Below, one piece after another: positions 41,036 to 50,337 of a DNA stretch of 64,000 nt. The notes below the pieces were generated by a model. That model saw nothing but the letters and a program-made list of their open reading frames with translations, was not told the DNA's origin and ran no database searches. How positions within the stretch are numbered: the stretch's first letter is position 1; every line of letters begins with the position of its first letter. Source of the stretch: Pseudomonadales bacterium. GTDB lineage: Bacteria; Pseudomonadota; Gammaproteobacteria; Pseudomonadales; UBA5518. Location: assembly GCA_022072145.1 (NCBI GenBank), contig JAJVIG010000004.1, positions 3,919 through 67,918 of the forward strand. The letters run 5' to 3'. A program made the position numbers and the translations under genes.

Positions 41036-42136
41036 TCAGACGGGCAGGATGCGCATTTGCTGGTAGAGGCGCACGTACTTGCGCACCATGTCCAGCGAAT
41101 CCTCGCAACCGTGGAAGCCCGCCTTGCGCAGCTTGATCGTGCTGACCAGACCCCAGCGCAGCGGATCGCTGCCGGCGGGCAGGTCCATCACGTTGCTCAT
41201 CTCCAGCGAGCCGCTGAACAGTTCGGTCACGTCCTCGGGAGCGTGCAGGCCGTAGCGCCTGACCATCGCGGGCCACATCCCGGCCATCTCGCGCACCTCC
41301 TGCGCGGCGTTCACCCGGCGCGGTTCGCCGAGCGCCATGCCGAAGCAGTCGGCGACCACCGGAAAGCGTTCCCGATGCGATACCACGTCGCCGTTGGAGA
41401 TGTTGAAGGTCTCGTCGCGCGCCGCCGGCGCGTCCGCGGCCCAGGCGAGCGCCTCGGCGATGAGGTCGGCGTCGGTGGCCTCGTTGACCATGCAGACACC
41501 GGCGGGCAGCGGCAGGTCGAGCCCGGCCTCGCGCCGCAGCGCGGCGTACAGGGGCAACATCAGGAAGGCGTTCATCGGCGAGCCGATCGCCGCGCCGGCG
41601 ATGCCGACCGGGCGCCACACGGTCCAGTGCCAGCCCTGCCCGTGCTGGCGCGCGCGGATGTAGTCTTCCTGCTCGTGATAGAAGTTCGGGTGCACCGGCC
41701 GCGGCAGGCATTCGCGCATCGGGATCGGCACGTGGGCATCCGGCAGGTGGCAGCCGTAGGCCTTGGCGCCGTGCACCAGCGACACGTGCCGCAAGCCCTT
41801 GGCGACCGCGACCAGCGGTTCCATCAGGTTGCGCAGCATCGCGGCGTTCTTGGCGATCTGCACCGGATCGGACCAGCCGCCATAGATGTCGTCGAGTTTC
41901 TCGGCGACCGCCGTGTACACCACGTGCGTGACCTCGCTCATCGCGCCGAAGGCCGCAGCGCAGGCGCGCTCGTCGGCCAGATCCACCGCCACGTGGCGCA
42001 CGCGCGCCGGCATCGCGAGCGGCGGGCGCCGCGACACCGCGATCACGTTCCAGTCCTCGCGGGCGCCGAAGTAACGCACGGCGGCGCTGCCTACCAGACC
42101 GGACGCGCCGGCGACGATGATCGTTCTGCTGCTCAT
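41036..42136 (-). CDS. SDR-family NAD(P)-dependent oxidoreductase (extended SDR)
   Basis: 366 codons from ATG 42134-42136. Rossmann motif IIVAGASGLVGSA. Confidence 0.8.
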   Translation of the reverse strand: MSSRTIIVAGASGLVGSAAVRYFGAREDWNVIAVSRRPPLAMPARVRHVAVDLADERACAAAFGAMSEVTHVVYTAVAEKLDDIYGGWSDPVQIAKNAAMLRNLMEPLVAVAKGLRHVSLVHGAKAYGCHLPDAHVPIPMRECLPRPVHPNFYHEQEDYIRARQHGQGWHWTVWRPVGIAGAAIGSPMNAFLMLPLYAALRREAGLDLPLPAGVCMVNEATDADLIAEALAWAADAPAARDETFNISNGDVVSHRERFPVVADCFGMALGEPRRVNAAQEVREMAGMWPAMVRRYGLHAPEDVTELFSGSLEMSNVMDLPAGSDPLRWGLVSTIKLRKAGFHGCEDSLDMVRKYVRLYQQMRILPV

Positions 42137-42183
42137 GCATGGCTCCTGTGTGATGGGGGTGCGCCGTCTCGCCGCCGCGGGCC

Positions 42184-43122
42184 TCAGGCCGTACGCGACA
42201 CCTCGAAGCTCGCGAGCGGTCGCTGTACGAACGTTCCCGACGCGGCGTCTTGGCGGCGTGCGTCGATGCGCACCTGCCAGCCGCCCGTGCCCGGCGTGAC
42301 GGTGCAGACATTGTATTCGGCGGCGTGGGCGGACAGCACGCCCGCGGCCGAAGCCGACGGGATGCCGAACACCGGAATCGCGCTGCCGGGGACGCGGATC
42401 AGGCTCTGCAGCGCGCGGTGACGGTGCCCGTGCAGCACCAGGTCGACCGGCGCGCGGCGCAGCAGCGCGCACAGCGCCGCGGCATCGATGAGCCGCTTGC
42501 GCCACTTCTCCTCGCCCGGCACCGGCGGATGGTGCAGCAGCAGCACGCGCAGCAACCCGCGACCGCGCAGTCCCTCGAGCAGGGATTCGAGCCGCGCGAG
42601 CTGCGTGGCGCCGATGCGCCCGATCGCCATGAACGGCGGCGAGGCGATCGCGCTGTCCAGCCCGATGAACGCCACCGCGCCGCGCACGCGCAGCAGCGGG
42701 AACGGATCGTCCGCGCGGCGTCCGTCGGGAGGCGCGTCGGAACGCATGAACTCGCTCCACTGGCCGCAGGATTCCTCCCACGTGCCGCGCACATAGCGGT
42801 CATGGTTGCCGGGCACCACGGTCACGCGGTCCGGGCTGCCGATCGTCTGCAGCCAGCGGCGGGCGGAGGCGAATTCCTCGGGCAAGGCGATGTTCGTGAG
42901 GTCGCCGGTGACGACGGTGTGGTCCGGCGCCAGCGCGAGCAGGTCGGCGCGCAGCGCGTCCAGCATCTCCGGGCGGTGCTCGTGGCGACGCCGGCGTTGC
43001 CACGACAGGTAGCCCAGCACGCGCTTGCTCGCCAGGCGCCGCCAGCGCACCGCCGACAGATCCGAGAGGTGCGGATCGGACAGGTGCGCGAAACGGAATG
43101 CTCCGTGGGCGCCGGAACTCAC
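42184..43122 (-). CDS. Calcineurin-like metallophosphoesterase
   Basis: Motifs FAHLSDPHL, VVTGDLTN, VVPGNHD, LLLHHPP, LVLHGHRH. There is no in-frame ATG near the N-terminus; GTG 43120-43122 overlaps the upstream TGA (GTGA). Confidence 0.85.
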   Translation of the reverse strand: MSSGAHGAFRFAHLSDPHLSDLSAVRWRRLASKRVLGYLSWQRRRRHEHRPEMLDALRADLLALAPDHTVVTGDLTNIALPEEFASARRWLQTIGSPDRVTVVPGNHDRYVRGTWEESCGQWSEFMRSDAPPDGRRADDPFPLLRVRGAVAFIGLDSAIASPPFMAIGRIGATQLARLESLLEGLRGRGLLRVLLLHHPPVPGEEKWRKRLIDAAALCALLRRAPVDLVLHGHRHRALQSLIRVPGSAIPVFGIPSASAAGVLSAHAAEYNVCTVTPGTGGWQVRIDARRQDAASGTFVQRPLASFEVSRTA

Positions 43123-44303
43123 GCGCCGTTCCGCAGCGAGGCGAAGGCGTCGACGATGCGGTCGATCTGGTCGTCGGTGTGCGCCGCGCCGACACTGCAG
43201 CGCAGCAGGCTGAACGTCGACGGCGAGGCGGGCGGAACCACCAGGTTCACGTAGACACCGCGCTCGAGCAGTTCGGGCCACCAGCGCAGCGCCGTGGCGC
43301 GATCCTCGAGGCGCACCGCGACCACCGGACCCGGCTCCGGCCCCAGCGTGAAACCCAGTCCCGCGAGCCCGGCGTAGAGCCGCTCGGCGTTGCGCCACAA
43401 CTGTTCGCGCAGGTGCGGGCGCTCGCGCAGGTGGCGCAGTGCCACGCGGGTAGAGGCGATCACCGACGGCGACGGCGAGGCGGTGAAGATGTAGGAGCGG
43501 ATCGAGAAGCGGATCGCCTCGAGCTCGGGCCGGTTGCTGACGCAGTATCCCCCGATCGAGCCCAGGCTCTTGCTGAACGTGCCGACCACGAAGTCCACCG
43601 CGTCCTCGACGCCCGCGGCCTCGGCGAGCCCGCGGCCGTGTGCGCCCAGCACGCCCAGCGAATGCGCCTCGTCGACCATCAGGCAGAAATCGTGGCGCTC
43701 CTTGAGCCGGGCGATCTCGGCGAGTGGCGCGCGGTCGCCGAGCATGCTGTAGATGCCCTCGACGATCACCAGTGCGTCCGCCGCGCGCTCGCCCAGCCGC
43801 TCGAGCCGGCGCTCGAGGTTCGCGGCATCGCTGTGGCGGAAGCGGATCACCTCGGCGCCGCCCAGGCGCACGCCGTCGTAGATGCTGGCGTGGCTGTCGG
43901 CGTCGAGCAGCACCACGTCGCCGGGGCCGGCGAGGGTCGCGCCCATGCCCATGGTCGCGCTGAAGCCGGTGGAGAACACGATCGCGTGGCGCCGGCCATA
44001 GAAGGCCGCGAGTTCCTGCTCCAGCGCCACGTGGTCGGCGAAGGTGCCGTTGGCCATCCGCGAGCCGGTGGTGCCGGTGCCCTGTTCGGCCAGTGCGCGC
44101 TGCGCGGCGGCGATGCATTCCGGGTCGAAGGTCAGCCCGAGGTAGTTGTTGGTGCCCGCGAGTATCACGCGGCGGCCATCGACGATCGCCTCGGTGGAGG
44201 AAAGGATCTTCTCGGTCACGGCGCCGAACGGACGGATGCCGAGCGCGTCGAGTTCGGCGCGCACCTCCGCCATCGGGGTGAACTTCTGTAGCAGCCGGTT
44301 CAT
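43119..44303 (-). CDS. spt: Alpha-oxoamine synthase, serine palmitoyltransferase-like
   Basis: 394-aa ORF. The PLP-lysine motif GTFSKSLGSIGG and downstream IFTASPSPSV...LLRCSVGAAHT are closely colinear with Sphingomonas-type SPT (GTFSKSVGTVGG...) rather than with BioF or Kbl. Confidence 0.85.
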   Translation of the reverse strand: MNRLLQKFTPMAEVRAELDALGIRPFGAVTEKILSSTEAIVDGRRVILAGTNNYLGLTFDPECIAAAQRALAEQGTGTTGSRMANGTFADHVALEQELAAFYGRRHAIVFSTGFSATMGMGATLAGPGDVVLLDADSHASIYDGVRLGGAEVIRFRHSDAANLERRLERLGERAADALVIVEGIYSMLGDRAPLAEIARLKERHDFCLMVDEAHSLGVLGAHGRGLAEAAGVEDAVDFVVGTFSKSLGSIGGYCVSNRPELEAIRFSIRSYIFTASPSPSVIASTRVALRHLRERPHLREQLWRNAERLYAGLAGLGFTLGPEPGPVVAVRLEDRATALRWWPELLERGVYVNLVVPPASPSTFSLLRCSVGAAHTDDQIDRIVDAFASLRNGA

Positions 44304-44542
44304 CCGGTGAGATCCGCGACGGTGCGCGCCAGGTCGCCGGCGGTGCGGATCCCGGACAGGGCGTTGAGCGGGAACGACAGGTCGAATTCGTCCTCGATCT
44401 GTTCGATGACCTCCATCACGTCGATCGACGACAGTCCCAGTTCGCCGGCGAGATCGCTGTCGGCCGTGATCGGCCGCGAGGTCTTGCCGGGTGCCGCGAG
44501 CAGTTCGAGCACCCGCGTGAGGCAGGAATCGTAGCGTGCCAT
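44300..44542 (-). CDS. Acyl carrier protein (dedicated, pathway-specific)
   Basis: 80-aa ORF with the phosphopantetheine attachment motif LGLSSIDVMEV. Its stop overlaps the spt ATG (ATGA). Confidence 0.9.
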   Translation of the reverse strand: MARYDSCLTRVLELLAAPGKTSRPITADSDLAGELGLSSIDVMEVIEQIEDEFDLSFPLNALSGIRTAGDLARTVADLTG

Positions 44543-44633
44543 CGTGCGTTTTTCCCGAGCGGCGCGGCGTGTCGCGCCAACGCGGGCGATTATACTGGGG
44601 CGGTTGCGCGCCGCACCTCCCGCCGCCGCGCCA

Positions 44634-45728
44634 ATGTTGGTGATTTTCAGGTACGTGTCAGTCATCCCCGGTGCTTCGCCTCCCTTGGTCTGGATCATCG
44701 CCGCGTACCGCGCCGGCGAACAGAGCCAGTTGCTCGCGCTCGCCGAGGCGCTCGGGTGGCCGTACGAGGTCAAGCGGCTGCGCCACCGGCGCGCCGGCGC
44801 GCTGTACGACGTGACGCGCGCGAACGGACTGTGTGGCATCGATCGCGCGCGCTCCGATGCGCTCGCGCCGCCGTGGCCCGAGGTGGTGATCGCGGCCGGG
44901 ATGCGCAACGAGCCGGTGTGCCGCTGGATCCGCCACGCCTCGGGCGGGCGCACGCGCATCGTGCACATCGGGCGTCCGTGGGCGCCGCTCGCCGCCTTCG
45001 ACCTCGTGGTCACCACGCCGCAGTACCGCCTGCCGCCGGCGCCGAACGTGTTGCAGAACACCTTGACGCTGCACCGTGTCACGCCGGCGCGGCTGGCCGA
45101 GGCCCACGCAGTGCACGGCGAGCGCCTCGCGCGGCTGCCGTCGCCGCGCATCGCGCTGATCGTCGGCGGCCCGAGCGGACCGTTCCACTTCGGCGCGCGC
45201 GGCGCGGCGCGGCTCGCACGCGAGGCGTCGGCGCACGCGCACGCGCTGGGTGGCAGCCTGCTGGTCAGCACCAGTTCGCGCACGCCGGCGCCGGCGGTGC
45301 GTGCGCTGTGCGAGGCAATCGAGGTGCCGCACGAGTTCTACGCGTGGCGCGCCGGCGATGCCGGGAATCCGTATTACGCGTATCTCGCCTGCGCCGAGAG
45401 GCTGATCGTGAGCTTCGACAGCATCGCGATGATCTCGGAGGCCTGCGCTACCGGCAAGCCCGTGTACCTGTTCGATCCGCAACGCGCGCACGGCGGTGAC
45501 GCGGCGCCCGCGGTCGAGCACAGTCCGCGCGCGCTCGGCTACCGCGCCCTGCTGCGCTGGGGGCCGCGCCGGTTGGGGCGCGACATCACGCTGGTGCACG
45601 ATCGACTGCTCGCGGCCGGGCGCGTCGCGTGGCTGGGCGAGGGGCGCGAACCGCAGGACCTGAATCCGTCGCCCGACATCGAACGCGCGGTCGCGCGCGT
45701 GAGGGCGCTGCTCGATGAGCGCCGCTGA
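44634..45728 (+). CDS. ELM1-like (DUF1022, 'mitochondrial fission ELM1') family protein
   Basis: 364 codons from ATG 44634 within track ORF 44544..45728. Family assigned from overall resemblance (VWIIAAYRAGEQSQ..., IALIVGGPSGPF, LLVSTSSRTP, SIAMISEACATGKPV). TATACT at 44591-44596 could be its -10 element. Confidence 0.6.
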   Translation: MLVIFRYVSVIPGASPPLVWIIAAYRAGEQSQLLALAEALGWPYEVKRLRHRRAGALYDVTRANGLCGIDRARSDALAPPWPEVVIAAGMRNEPVCRWIRHASGGRTRIVHIGRPWAPLAAFDLVVTTPQYRLPPAPNVLQNTLTLHRVTPARLAEAHAVHGERLARLPSPRIALIVGGPSGPFHFGARGAARLAREASAHAHALGGSLLVSTSSRTPAPAVRALCEAIEVPHEFYAWRAGDAGNPYYAYLACAERLIVSFDSIAMISEACATGKPVYLFDPQRAHGGDAAPAVEHSPRALGYRALLRWGPRRLGRDITLVHDRLLAAGRVAWLGEGREPQDLNPSPDIERAVARVRALLDERR

Positions 45729-45749
45729 AGCGCACCGGAAGCGAGTGCG

Positions 45750-46826
45750 CTAGCGCGGGCGGTGCGAGGCTGCCGCGATCGCCAGCGCGATCGCCGCCGC
45801 GATGCAGATCGGCACCAGCACCACGATGCCCTGGCGCAGCCCGAGCAGCTGCCCGCCGGTGTGCAGGATCTGCGTGAACAGGTAGAAACCGACGCCGGCC
45901 ACCGCGCCGCCGAGCACCCGCCAGCCGAAGCCCGCGCTGCGCGCGCTGCCGAAGTGCCAGCCGATCACCACCGCGAACAGCACCATCACCGCAGCCGACA
46001 GGGGCAACGTGGCTTTCTGCCAGAAGGCCATGCGCACCTGCGCATCGTCCTGGCCGGTGGCGCGCAGGTGGTCCGCGTACGCGAGCAGCGCGCTCGGGGA
46101 CATCGCGGCCAGCGAGCGCCCCAGCGCCGGGAGTTCGTCGGCGGACCAGAACGGCCCCAGCTCGAGGCGCTCCAGCGTGCGCATCTCGATGCCCTGCGGC
46201 TGCCATTCCTTGAAGCGCACCTCGCGCAGCGTCCAGGCGCGGGTCTGCGGCACCTCGGCCGACGTCGCGCCGATCACGCGCCGCAGACGGTGATCGGGTC
46301 CGAACTCGTACAGCGCGATTCCTTCCGGGATGTGCCCGTCGCGCAGGTGGCGCACGTTGAAGAAGCGCCCGCCGCTGCGCGACCACAGCCCCTGGCCGGC
46401 GAGCAGGTCGAGGTTGCCGGTGCGCCGCACCACGCGTTCGGACTCCGCCTTCTGCAGCATCGGTGCGACCAGCCATTCGCCGGCCGCGTACAGCCCCGCG
46501 ACCACCAGCAGCGTCGGCAGCGCGGCGATCGCGAGCAGTTGCCTGAGCGAGACGCCGGCACCGCGGATCACTACCAGTTCGCTCGAGCGGCTGAGGTTCG
46601 CGAGCGCGAGCACGGTGCCGAGCGCCGTTATCACCGGCGCGAGTTCCAGCACGCGCTGCGGCGTGGTCAAGAGCACGTACTGCAGCGCGTGCGTGAAATG
46701 GTAGCGGTCACCGAGGTTGTCGAGCTCGCTGACCAGCGCGAGCAGGCTGAACAGTGCCGCCAGCACCGTGAACACGATCAGCCAGCCGCGGACCAGATGT
46801 CCGGCGACGAAACGCGCGATGATCAC
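45750..46826 (-). CDS. lptG: LPS export ABC transporter permease LptG
   Basis: 358-aa YjgP/YjgQ-family permease. It overlaps the lptF stop by 4 nt. Confidence 0.9.
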   Translation of the reverse strand: MIIARFVAGHLVRGWLIVFTVLAALFSLLALVSELDNLGDRYHFTHALQYVLLTTPQRVLELAPVITALGTVLALANLSRSSELVVIRGAGVSLRQLLAIAALPTLLVVAGLYAAGEWLVAPMLQKAESERVVRRTGNLDLLAGQGLWSRSGGRFFNVRHLRDGHIPEGIALYEFGPDHRLRRVIGATSAEVPQTRAWTLREVRFKEWQPQGIEMRTLERLELGPFWSADELPALGRSLAAMSPSALLAYADHLRATGQDDAQVRMAFWQKATLPLSAAVMVLFAVVIGWHFGSARSAGFGWRVLGGAVAGVGFYLFTQILHTGGQLLGLRQGIVVLVPICIAAAIALAIAAASHRPR

Positions 46827-47896
46827 CCGCGCGCCCTCGCGAGCCGCAGCCGCGGCCAGCCGAGCAGCATCGCGAGCAGCGCCAGCGGCGGCAGGTACGC
46901 GAGCAGCAGGCCGGGGAATGCCGGGACGTCACCGTTCTCCAGCGAGTTGCGCACGCCGCTCAGGATGGCGAACAGCAGCAGATAGGCACCGATAGCAACC
47001 GCCAGCGTGCTCGCTCTCGGCTGGCGCGGGTTCGCGCGGGCGAGCGGCACCGCGAGCAGTCCCAGCATCAGGGTCGACAGCGGTGTGCTGAGACGCCACT
47101 GGTACTCCGCGATCTCCTTCGGTTCAGTGGAAGCGGCCAGCACCGCGGTGGCCGCCGACTTGCGGCGGAAACGCTCGATGCGCTCCTCCTGCGGGAAGCG
47201 GATCAGGAAGCTGCCGAAGCGCATCTCCACGTCGCGCGGGCCGTCGCGCTCGAGCAGGTACGAGTAGCCGTCGAAGAACTCCACCGAACGCGATCCCTCC
47301 TCGTCCATGTCATGGATGCGCGCGCTCGTGGCCGCGATCACCTGCGAGCGCAGGCCCTGATCGACCTGCACGAACACGTCGCGCAGTTCGCCGGCCGCGG
47401 CATCGACTTCCTGTGCGTACAGCACGTAGCCGCCGTTGCCCATGTCCACGAAGGTGCCCGGACGGATGTTCGAGATGTCGAAGCGGCTGATGCTGCGCTG
47501 TTCGAGTTCGTAGCTGCGCGTGTAGACCCACGGGCGCACCTGGGTCGAGATCCATCCCACCAGCAGCGCGCAGAGCAGCGCGAGCTTGCCCACTGCCCAC
47601 AGCACGCGGACCTCGCCGATGCCGGCGGACTGCATCGCTGCCATCTCGGACTCGCGGTGCAGACGCCCGACCGCGAGCAGCACGGCGAGGAACAGCGTGG
47701 TCGGAATCAGTACCTCCAGCGACACCAGCGTGTTCAGGAAGATCAGCTCGGCGACCACCGGTGCGGCGATTTCCCCGCTCGCCGCCTCCGACAGACGCAC
47801 GGCCGTGCTGAAGGCGACCGACACGGTGGCCAGCATCGCGAGCCCGGCGGCGAAGGGCCGCAGGATCTCGGAGGTGAGGTAGCGCTCGATCAGCAT
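46823..47896 (-). CDS. lptF: LPS export ABC transporter permease LptF
   Basis: 357 codons from ATG 47894-47896 (MLIERYLTSEILRPF...). YjgP/YjgQ family. Confidence 0.9.
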   Translation of the reverse strand: MLIERYLTSEILRPFAAGLAMLATVSVAFSTAVRLSEAASGEIAAPVVAELIFLNTLVSLEVLIPTTLFLAVLLAVGRLHRESEMAAMQSAGIGEVRVLWAVGKLALLCALLVGWISTQVRPWVYTRSYELEQRSISRFDISNIRPGTFVDMGNGGYVLYAQEVDAAAGELRDVFVQVDQGLRSQVIAATSARIHDMDEEGSRSVEFFDGYSYLLERDGPRDVEMRFGSFLIRFPQEERIERFRRKSAATAVLAASTEPKEIAEYQWRLSTPLSTLMLGLLAVPLARANPRQPRASTLAVAIGAYLLLFAILSGVRNSLENGDVPAFPGLLLAYLPPLALLAMLLGWPRLRLARARG

Positions 47897-47987
47897 GCGC
47901 GGTCCAGTTCGGGGTGGGCAGGGGTGGATGTCGAGGGCGCCATTGTAAAGAAGCGGCCCGGCTCTGGCACCGGCCGTTCGCCGCGCT

Positions 47988-48722
47988 TCAGCCGAGCGCC
48001 GCGCGCACCCGCTCGAGGTCCGCCGGGGTGTCGACCGCGATGCTCGCGGTCGCCAGGGCGAGCATGTGCACCTCGATGCCGAGATCCAGGAAGCGCAGGA
48101 TCTCGATGTCCTCGACCCGCTCGAGCGGCGGACGCTCGCCGGCGGCGACGAAAGCCGCCAGCTGCTGGCGCGAGAAGGCGTAGATGCAGACCTGCTTGTG
48201 CGCGCCGGCAAAGGCGCCGCTCTTGCTGCACGGGATCGCGGCCCGGCTCATGTAGAGCAGCCGGCCGTCGCGCGCGGCCGCGACCTTCGGCACGTCGCGG
48301 GACCTGAACTCGCGCTCGTCGGTGATCGCGGTCATGGCGTTCACCACCGCCCGCGCGCCCAGGCGGCGGAAAGTGTCGGCGACGCGCACGATGTCCTGCG
48401 GATCGATCAGCGGCTCGTCGCCCTGCACGTTCACGATGAAGCCGCTCTCGATCCGTGCGGCGGCGCGGGCCACGCGATCGGTGCCGGTGGCGCAGTCGGG
48501 CGGCGTCATGATCACGCGGGCGCCAAAGGACGCGCAGGTCGCGCGGATGCGCGCGTCGTCGGTCGCGACGAACACGCGATCGCGCGTGGCGGCAGCGCAG
48601 CAGCGCTCCCAGACGTGGTGGATCATCGGCTTGCCGTGGATGTCGGCGAGCGGCTTGCCCGGGAAACGCGACGAGGCGAAACGGGCCGGGATCACGATCG
48701 CGAACTCAGCTGGCGACGGCAT
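47988..48722 (-). CDS. kdsB: 3-deoxy-manno-octulosonate cytidylyltransferase-like (CMP-Kdo synthetase family)
   Basis: 244 codons from ATG 48720-48722. IVIPARFASSRFPGKPLADIHGKPMIHHV, TGTDRVA, VNVQGDEPLI and VDTPADLERVR are colinear with E. coli KdsB. Whether this is the housekeeping copy cannot be told from this window. Confidence 0.75.
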   Translation of the reverse strand: MPSPAEFAIVIPARFASSRFPGKPLADIHGKPMIHHVWERCCAAATRDRVFVATDDARIRATCASFGARVIMTPPDCATGTDRVARAAARIESGFIVNVQGDEPLIDPQDIVRVADTFRRLGARAVVNAMTAITDEREFRSRDVPKVAAARDGRLLYMSRAAIPCSKSGAFAGAHKQVCIYAFSRQQLAAFVAAGERPPLERVEDIEILRFLDLGIEVHMLALATASIAVDTPADLERVRAALG

Positions 48723-50337
48723 GCAGTTCACCCTGGTCAACGGGGTAGCTGGTCGGGGTCGCGGCGGCGAGCGTGAGGCCCGCGCGCTCCAGCGCCGGGC
48801 GTGCCAGCGCCAGCAGTTCGAGCATCTCCTGCTGGCGTGGATCACCGGCCGCGAAGCCGTCGAAGCCGGCCAGCAGCACGCGGCGGGCGCCGCCGGCCAC
48901 GCACAGCGCGAGCGCGTATGCGCAGGCGAGCGGCGCCGGCAGCACGCAGCCGTCGCGACGCGCCTCGAAGCAGTGTCCGCGCAGCTCGCAGTCGTAGTCG
49001 AGCACGGTGGCGTCGCGCAGCGTCGCGCGGGTCTGTGCGTCGTGCAGGCGCCGCGGCGTCCATACCGGCTTGCCGCTGGCAGCCAGGTGGCTCGCCTCGC
49101 ACAGCAGTCGCAAGGCATCGATGCAGACGAAGGCATCGACCAGGTGCGGGTCGAGCGCGTCCTGGCGGTTGAGCGCGAGCACCAGCGGCCGCCGGGCGCG
49201 TATGTAGTCGCCAAGCTCGCGTACGCGCCGGCGCGCCCCGTCGCCGGCGCCGATCAGCAGTACCTCGGCGCCGGCGAAGCGGCCCAGATCCGGTGCGGCG
49301 CGGGCCGCGGCGGGCGGCGCCGCAGGCGCGAAGGCGTGCATGGTCAGCGCGATCTCGCTGCGGCTGAAGCGGCTCGCATCGCGCGCCGCGAGCGCGCGCA
49401 GCGCCGCGAAGCGCTCCTCGGGTGAATAGCGCGGATCACCGATCAGCGTCTGCGCGAACATCGGATGGATGCCGCGCAACGCGCAGTAGTGGTAGTAGAA
49501 ACCCGGTCCCCAACCGTGGCGGCGGCGCAGGGGCACGAAATACCGCTCGCACAGACGCTGCAGCTCCCGCAACCGCTCGTCGTGCGCGCCGCCGGTGTCG
49601 AGCTCGCAGAGCAGCAGTTCGAGCGCCGCGTTGCCGGCGCCGCGCCCCATGCCGGCGACCGTGCAATCGGCCACGCACGCGCCGTGCGCGATCGCCGCCA
49701 GGGTGTTGGCCACCGCCAGCGAGCGGTTGTCGTGCGCGTGGAAGCCGAGCTCGCCGCGCCACTGCGTCCTCACCGCCGCACAGGCGCGCGCGGTCGCGGC
49801 CGGATCCAGCGCACCGAAGGAATCCGCGAGGCAGAGGATCTGCACGCAACCCCAGCCGGCGACGTCGCGCGCCGCCTGTGCGAGCCGCGCCGGCGCGATG
49901 CCCGCGACCTGCATCAGGTTCAACCCCACGCCATAGCCGAGGCGAGCCAGCGCCTCGGCGATCGCGCGGCTGCGCCCGAGGTCGGCGAGCCGCACCGCGA
50001 TGCGCACCAGCGCCACCCGCGAGGCGGCACGCGGCGCGAAGGCGCGCACGATCGCGGCGCCGGGATCGTCGGCTGCGGCCAGCGCGTCGTCGGCATCGAC
50101 CATCACCGCCACGTCCAGCGCGGGCGGGATGTCGAGGGTGTCGAGCAGGGCGTCGCTCGCGTGGGCGAACGGGCCGGCGCCCGGCAGCTCGCGCAGCGCG
50201 CGGAAACCGGGCTCTACGATGTCCACACCGACCGCCGCGAGCGTGTGCAGATACGTCGTGACCAGACCGGCATCGAAGCGCCAGCCGGTGTGGTAGCCGC
50301 CGTCGCGCAGCGTGCAGTCGAGGATGCGCGGCCTCAT
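48706..50337 (-). CDS. HMGL-like (pyruvate-dependent) aldolase domain protein with a long C-terminal extension
   Basis: 543-aa ORF. The N-terminus ILDCTLRDGGY...GFHAHDN...AGMGRGAGNA is the HMGL/DRE-TIM aldolase signature. The C-terminal ~230 aa (LLIGAGDG...) is of unknown function. Confidence 0.75.
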   Translation of the reverse strand: MRPRILDCTLRDGGYHTGWRFDAGLVTTYLHTLAAVGVDIVEPGFRALRELPGAGPFAHASDALLDTLDIPPALDVAVMVDADDALAAADDPGAAIVRAFAPRAASRVALVRIAVRLADLGRSRAIAEALARLGYGVGLNLMQVAGIAPARLAQAARDVAGWGCVQILCLADSFGALDPAATARACAAVRTQWRGELGFHAHDNRSLAVANTLAAIAHGACVADCTVAGMGRGAGNAALELLLCELDTGGAHDERLRELQRLCERYFVPLRRRHGWGPGFYYHYCALRGIHPMFAQTLIGDPRYSPEERFAALRALAARDASRFSRSEIALTMHAFAPAAPPAAARAAPDLGRFAGAEVLLIGAGDGARRRVRELGDYIRARRPLVLALNRQDALDPHLVDAFVCIDALRLLCEASHLAASGKPVWTPRRLHDAQTRATLRDATVLDYDCELRGHCFEARRDGCVLPAPLACAYALALCVAGGARRVLLAGFDGFAAGDPRQQEMLELLALARPALERAGLTLAAATPTSYPVDQGELHAVAS

